A stretch of DNA of 37,818 bases from an uncultured bacterium (GTDB taxonomy: Bacteria; B130-G9), in the NCBI GenBank assembly GCA_965372715.1, contig CBDVDH010000038.1, positions 1 through 37,818 of the forward strand. Reading direction: 5' to 3'. Made by a program: the position numbers and the translations under genes. Shown in pieces: positions 19,245 to 28,227 of the stretch. Every line of letters starts with the position of its first letter. The first letter of the stretch is position 1. The notes beneath the pieces were generated by a model. That model did not search any database and was not told the DNA's origin. It saw only the letters and a list, made by a program, of their open reading frames with translations.

Positions 19245-19262
19245 GCGATTTAGGGGAAGAAG

Positions 19263-19649
19263 ATGCCAAAGCAGATTGTAATAACCAACAAGGCCCCGGC
19301 CGCCGTTGGCCCTTATTCGCAGGCGATTCTCGCCGGGGGCTTTCTCTTCGTGTCAGGTCAGATTGCCATCGACCCAGCAACCGGCAATCTCATTGAGGGC
19401 TCTCCTATCGAGCAGACGCGCCTCATAATGAGAAACATCGGCGCAATTCTCAAGCAGGCCGGCGCCTCATACAGCGACGTCGTCAAGTGCGAGATCTTTG
19501 TGACCGACCTTGGTCAGTTCAAAGCGATCAACGAGGTCTATGCCAAGTTCTTCGAGACCGAGCCGCCAGCAAGGGTAACGGTAGAGGTGTCCGCCCTGCC
19601 CCTTGGGGTTGACGTCGAGATCAGTGCGATTGCCTTCGTCAGGCCGTAA
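19263..19649 (+). CDS. ridA: RidA/YjgF/UK114 enamine deaminase
   Basis: APAAVGPYSQA, FVSGQI, INEVY, PPAR and LPLGVDVEI. Confidence 0.95.
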   Translation: MPKQIVITNKAPAAVGPYSQAILAGGFLFVSGQIAIDPATGNLIEGSPIEQTRLIMRNIGAILKQAGASYSDVVKCEIFVTDLGQFKAINEVYAKFFETEPPARVTVEVSALPLGVDVEISAIAFVRP

Positions 19650-19694
19650 GGCTGTCCCGGACGCGGTGAGTATGGCTTACTAACGGGCAGTGAG

Positions 19695-21359
19695 ATGACG
19701 CGACAGATACCGTACAAGGAATCGCTCACAGTTGAGTTTAAGAGCGACCGGGCCGGCTATTCGGACAAGGAATTGGTTGAGTCCGTAGTTTGCATGGCCA
19801 ATGCCGAGGGTGGTGTCATCTATCTGGGTGTCGAGAATGACGGGACAGTCACAGGTCTTTGCAGCAAGCATCGCGATATGTCGGGTCTGGAAGCACTGAT
19901 TCTTAACAGAACCAAACCACCCGTTGCCGTTCACTCACGCGAAATCGTGGAAAGGGGCAAACAGGTTGCGGTAGTTGAAGTGCCAAAGATCACGTCCGCT
20001 CATCCAGTCTCAACCACGGGAGGGAAAGTGCTGCGTAGAAGGCTTGATGCGCACGGCGACCCGCAGTGCGCTCCGTTCTATCCGGATGAGTGGGACAGCC
20101 GCACTTCGAGCTTGAGAAAACTCGATTATTCGGCCCTGCCGGTCGAGGCGTGCGATGAGGACGACTTCGACAAGCTGGAACGACACCGGCTAAGAAGGGC
20201 GATTGAGCGCAACAGGAGAGGAGACAAGTCGCTGCTTGGGCTTTCGGATGGGGAACTCGACCGCGCGCTCGGTCTATGCACGGCCGTAGAGGGGACAGTC
20301 AGGCCCACGGTCGCCGGGTTGCTGCTAATTGGCCGAGAGACCTCACTACGTCAACACATACCCACTCACGAGCTGGCGTTTCAAGTGATGGAGGGCACGA
20401 GAGTTCGCGTCAATGATTTCTATCACACTCCTCTGCTAGCGGCTTTTGAGCGAATCGAAGAGCAGTTCGGAGCAAGAACCGACGAACGCGAGCTTCAGAT
20501 CGGCATGTTCAGAGTGCCAGTCCCCTCGTACGACGGAAGAGCATTCCGTGAGGCGCTGGCCAATGCCGTGGTCCACCGAGACTACACGCGACTCGGAGCC
20601 GTCCATGTTCGCATGGTCCCGGGCGCCATTGAGATCAGCAATCCGGGTGGATTCGTGGAAGGAGTAACTCTGCAAAACATCCTAGTGACGGAGCCGCGCC
20701 CGCGCAATCCACTACTCGCCGACATATTCAAGCGAATAGGCATCGTTGAGCGGACTGGTAGGGGCGTTAGCATCATTTTCGAGGGAACACTTCGCTACGG
20801 ACGGGAAGCGCCCAACTACGACATGTCGAACGAGACCAGCGTGGTTGCTCACATCCCTGGAGGAGAGGCTGACCTGGCTTTCCTTGGACTCGTCCTTGAA
20901 CAGGAGAGTAAAACTCAGCAGGCAATCACAATCGACATTCTGCTCGCGTTGCGAGCGCTCCGTGATAATCGGGAGATTGACACGCAATACCTCTCGAGGA
21001 TCATCCAGAAAGACCAGTCGGGCGCAAGAGCAGTCCTCGAGCGGCTGATCGAACAGGGACTTGCTGATCGAAAAGGAGCTAAGAGGGGTAGGTCGTACAT
21101 GTTTTCTGCCCTTGTTTACAGGAAGCTCGGCATACCGGCAGGATACGTGCATCAGCGCGGCTTTGATCGGCTTCAACAGGAGAGCATGATCAGGAATTGG
21201 GTTGAAGCACATGGCAAGATCACGCGGCGTGATGTCTCCTCGCTTTGCAGATTGACCCTTCGCCAGGCAGGCTATGTCCTGAAGCGAATGTCCGACAAGG
21301 GGGTTGTTGACCTAGTTGGAATGGGAAGAAATGCATATTATGTGCGCGGGACAGATTGA
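19695..21359 (+). CDS. Schlafen/AlbA_2 + HATPase-like (RecG C-term-like) + winged-helix protein
   Basis: ESLTVEFKS and MANAEGGVIYLGV; REALANAVVHRDY and PRNPLLADIF..IVERTGRG; two C-terminal wHTH segments. Confidence 0.9.
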   Translation: MTRQIPYKESLTVEFKSDRAGYSDKELVESVVCMANAEGGVIYLGVENDGTVTGLCSKHRDMSGLEALILNRTKPPVAVHSREIVERGKQVAVVEVPKITSAHPVSTTGGKVLRRRLDAHGDPQCAPFYPDEWDSRTSSLRKLDYSALPVEACDEDDFDKLERHRLRRAIERNRRGDKSLLGLSDGELDRALGLCTAVEGTVRPTVAGLLLIGRETSLRQHIPTHELAFQVMEGTRVRVNDFYHTPLLAAFERIEEQFGARTDERELQIGMFRVPVPSYDGRAFREALANAVVHRDYTRLGAVHVRMVPGAIEISNPGGFVEGVTLQNILVTEPRPRNPLLADIFKRIGIVERTGRGVSIIFEGTLRYGREAPNYDMSNETSVVAHIPGGEADLAFLGLVLEQESKTQQAITIDILLALRALRDNREIDTQYLSRIIQKDQSGARAVLERLIEQGLADRKGAKRGRSYMFSALVYRKLGIPAGYVHQRGFDRLQQESMIRNWVEAHGKITRRDVSSLCRLTLRQAGYVLKRMSDKGVVDLVGMGRNAYYVRGTD

Positions 21360-21401
21360 GGCTGTGTCAGACGGTTGGCGCAGCGATCCTGTCGATCAAT
21401 T

Positions 21402-21439
21402 AACTAACGTTGTAAGTTTGAAAACTAACATTGTAAGTT
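21402..21439 (+). repeat. 17-bp direct repeat with 21-bp period (candidate protein-binding site)
   Basis: aactaacgttgtaagtt (21402-21418) and aactaacattgtaagtt (21423-21439), one mismatch, AT-rich. Confidence 0.7.
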
Positions 21440-21655
21440 GGTTATGTGTAACCCTCTATTGACTGGGTAGCGATTGGCGTTTCTGACCGCGCTTCCATTC
21501 AAGGGGCTTGCTAGTGAGATTGCCGGGCAGCTAGCCGCGCTAGCTTGGTTCCTAGCCCGCTACGGGCACAGCTAGCAGCTATGCTAGCAGCTGATTCATT
21601 TGAATGAGCTGCTCTGAGCACCGGACGCACCATGTGTTAAGGCGCAAGTGAAGGA

Positions 21656-22573
21656 ATGAAGATGAAGATCGCGGTGTGTTTTCCGGGGCAGGCCTCGTTT
21701 CCCACGTTGGATATGCTCGAGCAGCTCAGGGCGGTCCCGATCGCAAGGCGGATAGTCGAGGAGGGGCTACGGTTCGTTGATGCAATCAAAACGTCAGTTT
21801 CGGACCGCACGGTCCAGCAGCTTCGGACATTCATCGCGAGCGTCGCCTCGTATCAGATCGTTCGAGAGGTCGGCACACCGATATCGGTGTTCGCGGATCA
21901 CGGCATAGGCTTCTACGCCTCACTCGTCGCAGCGCAGGCCATGTCCTTTTCCGAAGGCCTCGAGATCATCGAGATGACCGGCTATCTGCTCGACGAAGTG
22001 GCTCAACAGGGCGACTATGACACAGCGTCGATAATCGGGCTGAACCGCGACGAGATCAACGCCGTCTGCTCCGTTGCGGCAGAGAGCGGCGAAGTGTATC
22101 TCGCGAACATCAACGGTCCGACGTGGTTCGCACTTTCCGGCCACACAATCGCAGTGGCTGCCGCTTGTGATGGCGCCATCAGGCGAGGCGCAATCGAGGC
22201 GAGGCTGCTCGGTATCGCCGCCCCAATCCACACGAATCTCCTGGAACACAGCAGCCGCCGGCTCCGGAAGCGGCTGGCCACAACGACATTTCAGTCCCCC
22301 ACAACGCCGATCATTGAGCATATCTACGCCCACCGCGTCGTCGCGCGCAATATCCTCGACCTGTTGTCGCAGCAACTATTCATGCCAGTCAAGTGGACCA
22401 GGGTCATGGACGTGCTCTCTGGCAAGGGCATCGACACGTTCATCGTACTGGCCCCCGGCGGGGACCTATCCAGGCTGATCGAGGTCAACCGAGAGGATGC
22501 GACAATCATCTCGCTCGGCGAGCCGGACGGCCTCGATGAGGCCATCGAGCAGCTGTCGCGACTCAATCCGTGA
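21656..22573 (+). CDS. FabD-like (malonyl-CoA:ACP transacylase fold) protein with degenerate active site
   Basis: FPGQ, ANINGP..LSG, APIH and QL.MPVKW; the GHSxG motif reads DHGIG. Confidence 0.85.
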   Translation: MKMKIAVCFPGQASFPTLDMLEQLRAVPIARRIVEEGLRFVDAIKTSVSDRTVQQLRTFIASVASYQIVREVGTPISVFADHGIGFYASLVAAQAMSFSEGLEIIEMTGYLLDEVAQQGDYDTASIIGLNRDEINAVCSVAAESGEVYLANINGPTWFALSGHTIAVAAACDGAIRRGAIEARLLGIAAPIHTNLLEHSSRRLRKRLATTTFQSPTTPIIEHIYAHRVVARNILDLLSQQLFMPVKWTRVMDVLSGKGIDTFIVLAPGGDLSRLIEVNREDATIISLGEPDGLDEAIEQLSRLNP

Positions 22574-22630
22574 GTGGACGAGGGATTCCCGCTCGCCGTT
22601 CGTCGGATATCCGGTTTTGAGCGTTCGACT

Positions 22631-22817
22631 GGCGAGCCGCCGCTGGCCTAGCCCTTGTGTCTTCGTGCGCCTTCGTGTTCTTCGTGGATCAAGCTTGCAT
22701 TAGATAAGGATCCACTAAGGACACCAAGAAACACGAAGAAGCTAGAGGATAGAATCCCCCCGTTCGGATTCATCCGTGGTTCCTTTTACCTTCGTGCGCC
22801 TTCGTGTTCTTCGTGGA
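22631..22817. repeat. 9-nt periodic palindromic repeat cluster (cttcgtgcgccttcgtgttcttcgtgga and inverse arm)
   Basis: Identical 28-mers at 22661 and 22790; inverse arm ccactaaggacaccaagaaacacgaag at about 22712-22738. Confidence 0.8.
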
Positions 22818-22894
22818 AGATTTTCCTCCTTTCTCCTTTGCTCCCCTCTTGATATTATCCATATCCCACAAAACACAAACATCGGAGGCGTTGC

Positions 22895-24637
22895 TTGGAG
22901 AAAGAAGAGGTTCTGCACACTGATTCCGACGAGCATAACGTCATGCCGGAACTCGACGAGGCAGGCAATCCGACTGGCTGGGTCAGATATAAGAAGGCAC
23001 GTTACCAGTGCATCTCCGCCAGGATAGCTGCAGAGAAGATACTCAAGGGCCAAGAAATAAAAAACTGCTACATCATGGCTGTGACCGTCGAAGCCCTTGC
23101 GGCAGCTGAGAAGGAACTCAAGACCGGCCACTTCTTGCCAAAAGGTTCAATCGAGATTGACGGCAAGAAGCGCGAAGGTCCTGTCCTGAAGCAGCCGATT
23201 CGATGTGGGGGCTGCCTCATCGGCGAGATCGGTTTGCAAGGGCTCATATTTGAAAGAGACATACAGTTCTTTTTGTTCGCGCGTGTCTCTGAGGAAACCT
23301 GCATGCTGGAAACCTGCATACTCGGCGACGCGGATTTCAGTTCCGCGAGTTTCGGCGGCTCCGCGCATTTCACTCGGGCGAGTTTCGGTGGCTGCGGGGA
23401 TTTCAGTTCCGCGAGTTTCGGCGGTGGGGCGGACTTCACGGCGATGTTGTGCTCCTATGGGGCCTTCACGCGAGCGACTTTCAAGGGCAAGGCGCGCTTC
23501 TATGGAGCGGCTTTTGACCGTTATGCGAACTTCTGCCAGGCAACTTTCGGTGACGACGTGGCATTCAGTGGAGTGACGTTCGGGCGCAAGGCAGGCTTCA
23601 GGGAAGCGACGTGCGGCGGCAAGGCCGACTTCCGGAGATCCGCTATGCTCTCTTTCGATCTTGGACATGCCCGCTTTGACAAGCTTTGCGACATGACAGA
23701 GGTGGCTGCGGGGAAGGTGAATCTCAAAGGAACCGTATTTGCCGAGAACGCGCTACTCTCGTCTCCTCAGAGCGCAAGACGTCTCCAAAGCAGGCAGGAG
23801 CAGATCGGGCGATCACTCAAAAGGCGAGAACGGAAGGTGGGGATTCCGGAGGAGCTCGAGCAGCTACGCGAATGGCAGGAAAGCAAACGCGGCATTTACA
23901 GCATCGATTTCGGGAATACGCTCGTGCTGGGTGACCTGGTGTGCGACTTTGAGGACCTCCGACCACAAGCCGGCAAGCCTGTTATCAAGCCGCATAGAGA
24001 GGGCAAATGGGACGAGGCGCGGAAGCAATATGCTTGGTTGAAGGAGCAATTCCGCAGGCGAAGCGCCTACAAGGACGAGGACGAGGCACACTGGTTCGCC
24101 TCGGAGTGCTCGAGGAAGAATGCCAAGCGGTCCAGGCCTTTGTTCCTACTCTGCATAGCGGCGATGCTTCTGACAATCGTGCTCTCTGTGGCGATTCACG
24201 CCCCGGGAAGATCCTATGTCACACGTGAGTTGGGATTCTTGACCGATTGCTCGGCCCTCATCGTCTGCGCCCTTCTCGCGGCAATCCTCGTAGGTTTCCC
24301 TCGACATGGGATGTGGCTTATATATCGGAAGGTCTTCGGCTACGGCGTGAAACCGATGAATATGGTATTCACGATCGTAGCCGTTATTCTCGTGTGCTCA
24401 GTCCTATTCTGTTGCGCTTATTACACCGGAAAGATAACATCGGATTCGGGACCGTCGCCATTTATCTCTGCGTTCCTTAATGGGCTGTATTTCAGCGTGA
24501 TAACGTTCGCGACGGTGGGTTATGGCGACCTCAGCCCGACGGGATGGGCGGCCGGGCTGGCGATGGTTGAGGGCCTGCTGGGCGTCGCCCTGAATGCGAT
24601 CCTGGTCGTCCTTATCTCACGGAAGCTCACCCGGTAG
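22895..24637 (+). CDS. Pentapeptide-repeat protein with C-terminal K+ channel pore (Ion_trans_2)
   Basis: Repeats of type ADFSSASFGG/ARFYGAAFD; GYGVKP; pore helix and filter LYFSVITFATVGYGD; TTG start after GGAGG. Confidence 0.88.
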   Translation: MEKEEVLHTDSDEHNVMPELDEAGNPTGWVRYKKARYQCISARIAAEKILKGQEIKNCYIMAVTVEALAAAEKELKTGHFLPKGSIEIDGKKREGPVLKQPIRCGGCLIGEIGLQGLIFERDIQFFLFARVSEETCMLETCILGDADFSSASFGGSAHFTRASFGGCGDFSSASFGGGADFTAMLCSYGAFTRATFKGKARFYGAAFDRYANFCQATFGDDVAFSGVTFGRKAGFREATCGGKADFRRSAMLSFDLGHARFDKLCDMTEVAAGKVNLKGTVFAENALLSSPQSARRLQSRQEQIGRSLKRRERKVGIPEELEQLREWQESKRGIYSIDFGNTLVLGDLVCDFEDLRPQAGKPVIKPHREGKWDEARKQYAWLKEQFRRRSAYKDEDEAHWFASECSRKNAKRSRPLFLLCIAAMLLTIVLSVAIHAPGRSYVTRELGFLTDCSALIVCALLAAILVGFPRHGMWLIYRKVFGYGVKPMNMVFTIVAVILVCSVLFCCAYYTGKITSDSGPSPFISAFLNGLYFSVITFATVGYGDLSPTGWAAGLAMVEGLLGVALNAILVVLISRKLTR

Positions 24638-24641
24638 CGGG

Positions 24642-24850
24642 AACCACGAAACGGCGACCCGCCGCTGGCCTGGCTCCTTTTACCTTCGTGTGTCTTCGCG
24701 GAGCAAGCTATCTAAACCACAAAGGCACAAAGACACGAAGAAGAGAGACGGGTCTCAGACACTGCCCCAACATTGATTCCCTTTTCGCCTTTTCGCCCCT
24801 TCGCCTTTTCGCCTCTTCGCCCCTCCTGTGTTCGTGTGTATTCGTGGTTT
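24642..24850. repeat. Composite 9-mer palindromic arms plus 8-mer tandem array (ccttttcg x5)
   Basis: aaaccacaaaggcacaaagacacgaag (24715-24740) paired with tgttcgtgtgtattcgtggttt (to 24850); five 8-mers at 24780-24819. Confidence 0.8.
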
Positions 24851-24889
24851 CCTCTCTTCTCCTTCCGCCGGTTCGAGCTCTAGGCTTGT

Positions 24890-26362
24890 TTAACTTTCTT
24901 TCTGTTCGTCGATGAGGCGGATGGTGCGGGGCCGTGAGAGCCTATCGACAGCGGGCTTGAGCTGCGCGAGCTGCTGTCTGATCGAGTCGAGGACGTTGAT
25001 GAGTTCCTTTGTGCTGGTCAGCAGTTCGAGGTTCCTGTTGGTTGCGTTGAGGCTTTCGGTGGCTTTTTTCTGCTCATCGACTGCGGTTGTGAAGGCATCC
25101 ACCTTAGCCTCAATGGCTGATTTAAGGGACACGATGGAAGAGGCGCCGTCCGAAGCCGTCTTTCTTAGGGTCTGAATCAGGGTAGATATCTGTTGCTGAG
25201 CGGCCTCTCTCTCCTTTGCCAGAACCGCGACGTTCTGCCTATACGCCTCGGCGATCTTGTCGCTGGCGGTGGCGGCGGCGGAGGTTGCCGACTCAGTCAT
25301 TTCCTTCGACAGCGCCTTAAGCTCGCTGAAACGGCTAGTCATCGATTCGGCGAGACGCGCAAACTCCAAGAGGCTCTTTTTCTGGCTATCCGTGAATCCA
25401 GAGACCGTCGTTGAGAAGCTCTCGCACTCGCCGCTCAGCATTGACATGAATGAGCTCTTGAAGCGCTCAAGGATGTCGAGCTGGTTTCTCATCGATACTT
25501 CCAGGACCTTGGCTAGTATTGCGGATTCGGGGGTTGGCGTCTCGACTCTCCTCTTGACGGCCATCGTAATCACGTTGTCGATGCAGTACCTGTCGAACGC
25601 CGATAGCAGGTTTTCCTCCGCCTTCTGAAGCGCTGACATTGGGATCATCATAATGAGGCTGACGACGAGCGCCAGAAGCGTCGTCTCAAAGGCCACGGAC
25701 AGACCGCTCGTAACGAGGCCCAGGCCCGACTTTATCTCCGATATGTCCGCGACCGAGGCGTCAACGAAGTCCGAGAAGCCCGAGACCGCTTGCACGATGC
25801 CGATGACCGTGCCGATGAAGCCAAGAATCGGGATCGCCCAGACGAATACCTTAGTCATCACGTATGACGACGAGAGCTGGGCCTCGTCAATCTCACTCTC
25901 TTCCCGCAGAACGCCCTGCATCGATTCGGGCTCGGCGGTTGAGGCGAATTGGCCGAGCATTCTGGTGATTCTGTTTGGCAGGACGGTGGCTCTGGAGGCT
26001 TCCCAGAGTTCGGACAAGTCGGAGGTGATGCGTCTGGCGGATTCTGGGCCGAAGGGCTCCTTGTGCACCTTCGCGACCGGATCGGCCAGCAGGTATCCTC
26101 TCTCCATTCTCATGCCGATGTATTTGGCAAGAAGAATGGAGGCGCCCCAGAAAAAGAGGAATGTTATTCCATAAGGGACCCACCCTCGCTGGACAAACAG
26201 CTGGTGGAAGTAGTTGTCGGACCTAAGAAGCGGGATCGGGAATAGGTAGTAGAAAATAGCTGAAAGAATGAGGCCCAAGAGGCCGCAGACGCCAAGATTG
26301 GCATCCATTCTCCCGACATAGAAGTAACGCAAAATCCCACGATGACCGTATTCTTGGGGCAT
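24890..26362 (-). CDS. MotA/TolQ/ExbB proton-channel family protein with long coiled-coil tail
   Basis: WAIPILGFIGTVIGI and GLSVAFETTLLAL; two N-terminal TM segments; about 220-aa helical C-terminus. Confidence 0.88.
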   Translation of the reverse strand: MPQEYGHRGILRYFYVGRMDANLGVCGLLGLILSAIFYYLFPIPLLRSDNYFHQLFVQRGWVPYGITFLFFWGASILLAKYIGMRMERGYLLADPVAKVHKEPFGPESARRITSDLSELWEASRATVLPNRITRMLGQFASTAEPESMQGVLREESEIDEAQLSSSYVMTKVFVWAIPILGFIGTVIGIVQAVSGFSDFVDASVADISEIKSGLGLVTSGLSVAFETTLLALVVSLIMMIPMSALQKAEENLLSAFDRYCIDNVITMAVKRRVETPTPESAILAKVLEVSMRNQLDILERFKSSFMSMLSGECESFSTTVSGFTDSQKKSLLEFARLAESMTSRFSELKALSKEMTESATSAAATASDKIAEAYRQNVAVLAKEREAAQQQISTLIQTLRKTASDGASSIVSLKSAIEAKVDAFTTAVDEQKKATESLNATNRNLELLTSTKELINVLDSIRQQLAQLKPAVDRLSRPRTIRLIDEQKES

Positions 26363-26472
26363 GTCATAAAATCCTTAAGAGTGAGAGCTTTTTCGAAACT
26401 GTGATTTTGAGTCTAACCGGGCCGATAGTCCGGTCAAGAGCAAATCAAAGATGAGTTTCCGCAACGCGGAAA

Positions 26473-26580
26473 TTCGCCGTTCGGCGAACAGGCGGGAAAA
26501 GGACAAAAGGGAAAATGGAGAAGGGGGGTTGCTGACGTCCTTTGTTCACGGTTGAATCTCGTCTCCGGCGAATCGGAGAC
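26473..26580. repeat. Short hairpins and degenerate 8-mer array
   Basis: ttcgccgttcggcgaa; ggaaaagg acaaaagg gaaaatgg agaagggg; gtctccggcgaatcggagac. Confidence 0.5.
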
Positions 26581-26683
26581 AGCCGCGGTGGGCCGCATTC
26601 AGATGACAAATCTGAGTAGACTCCCGCTGAAACTACCGATGAAGCGTGTGGTTAAGACAGAAGCCTGGCCGGTTCAACGCCGG

Positions 26684-28153
26684 TCAGGGCGCCGCGGCCA
26701 CACCTGCATCGAGGTCTGCCTCGCGGCCAACTGGTATAGTGTGATCCACAGCAGCCGTTGTCTTGGACCTGTCTGCCTCGGTCTCGCCAGTAAGGATGTG
26801 TTGCCACTCGCCCGCCTCCCAGGCCTTATCCAGTATCGCGGAAACGCCGTCGCGGTTCTTGTCCAGCGCGACAGCGAGGTCCGTCACAAGAGACTCGGCG
26901 CCTTTGTGGGTCGCCCTGGGGTGGAAGCGCTGATAGTGCTCACGAAAGACCTCCGGACGATCGATCAACATACAGCATCTTAGCAGATTGCCGTCGTAAG
27001 GGATTCGCTCGCGAATCGCGCGGAAGAACGGGCTTCTAAGCGCCTCGGTTACCGTCTTGTCGTAAACGTTGTCAACCGCGAAATGACAGAACGCGCACGG
27101 CTCAATGTCGCCTTTGCTGTTGATGTGCAGATACCGCTTTCCGCCTGCCATGCAGCCGTTAACCGCGGTGCCATCGTTCCAGAAATCGGCCAAGAAAATC
27201 GGCTTCGTTGCGCGCTCAGTATAGAGCCTGTGTCGCAAGAAATCGCGCTGCTCGGGCGTCACCATCAGGTTGGCGTCTGGTCTGTCCCCTACGGGGATGT
27301 ACTGGAAGTACCACCCTATGAGCGCGCCCCAATCGATCATCGTATCAATGAACTCGGGGCTGGACACTACGGCAACGTTGTGGCGTGTTGCTGTGGCCGA
27401 AAAGCCGACTAGCACTCCCATGTCTCTCATCATCTTGGCCGCTCTTTCGACCTTCTTGAAGGTCCCTTTGCCCCTTCTGGCATCGGTTTCCTCTTCCATC
27501 CCCTCCACGCTAAGCATCTGACCAGTGTTGCCCAGCTTCGCAAGACGCTTTACGACACGCTCATCGATGCAGAGACCATTAGTGTAGATCAAGAACCAGC
27601 AATCGTTGTGCTTCTCATATAAATCAAGCATGTCGGGCCGCATGAATGGCTCGCCGCCAGTGATCGTGAAGAAGTGCAGACCGAACTCCTTCGCCTCACA
27701 GATGACCCTGTCAATTGCCTCGAAGGATAAGTCAGGATCACCCCGAAACTCTTTTGCCCAGCAACCCCGGCAGTTGAGATTACACTTGGAGGTTACGCTG
27801 ATTACCATGACGTCAGGTGGTCTGAAGCCCTCCCGGTCTCGAAATGCGAGCTTCTTCTCCTCCCCGACGAACATCGAGTTGAGGAATACGTTAACGACAA
27901 AGCCTTTCCTGCTAGGTCCATTAAGTTGCGAAGATAGCCGCTTGAGCCACTTGCCAACCGGATGTCCCTTCTCGATTATGTTCCGCAAAGCACGCGCGGC
28001 GAGCTTGTGGTCATCCACAACAGCAAGTCGCTCCCAGAAACCCGTCATTCGGATGATCTCCTCGTCCGAGCCGGTCGCAAGAGCGCCCATTATCTTCTTG
28101 CCCAGATGCTTAACCATCCTCTTTTCAAGATGCTGAGTGAGTACCCTTCTCAT
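26684..28153 (-). CDS. Radical SAM protein with C-terminal SPASM/Twitch-like region
   Basis: CNLNCRGC, TGGEP, YTNG and GCMAGGKRYLHINSKGDIEPCAF; strong GGGAGGAG RBS. Confidence 0.93.
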   Translation of the reverse strand: MRRVLTQHLEKRMVKHLGKKIMGALATGSDEEIIRMTGFWERLAVVDDHKLAARALRNIIEKGHPVGKWLKRLSSQLNGPSRKGFVVNVFLNSMFVGEEKKLAFRDREGFRPPDVMVISVTSKCNLNCRGCWAKEFRGDPDLSFEAIDRVICEAKEFGLHFFTITGGEPFMRPDMLDLYEKHNDCWFLIYTNGLCIDERVVKRLAKLGNTGQMLSVEGMEEETDARRGKGTFKKVERAAKMMRDMGVLVGFSATATRHNVAVVSSPEFIDTMIDWGALIGWYFQYIPVGDRPDANLMVTPEQRDFLRHRLYTERATKPIFLADFWNDGTAVNGCMAGGKRYLHINSKGDIEPCAFCHFAVDNVYDKTVTEALRSPFFRAIRERIPYDGNLLRCCMLIDRPEVFREHYQRFHPRATHKGAESLVTDLAVALDKNRDGVSAILDKAWEAGEWQHILTGETEADRSKTTAAVDHTIPVGREADLDAGVAAAP

Positions 28154-28227
28154 CTTACTCCTCCCTCACAGTGCTTCGATTGACAGCAAAAGCAAATCAT
28201 CAGTGGCCAACGACCTGTCGAAATCGA

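Noticed and set aside
21425-21455. dif/Xer recombination site
   Set aside because: Only a partial XerD-arm resemblance (ttatgtgtaa) and no XerC arm.
22661-22817. CRISPR array from the two identical 28-mers
   Set aside because: Only two copies 129 bp apart, internally periodic, with no cas genes or regular spacers.
24890-26362. Zorya anti-phage system (ZorA)
   Set aside because: No ZorB (MotB/OmpA-like) or ZorC/D/E genes are adjacent.
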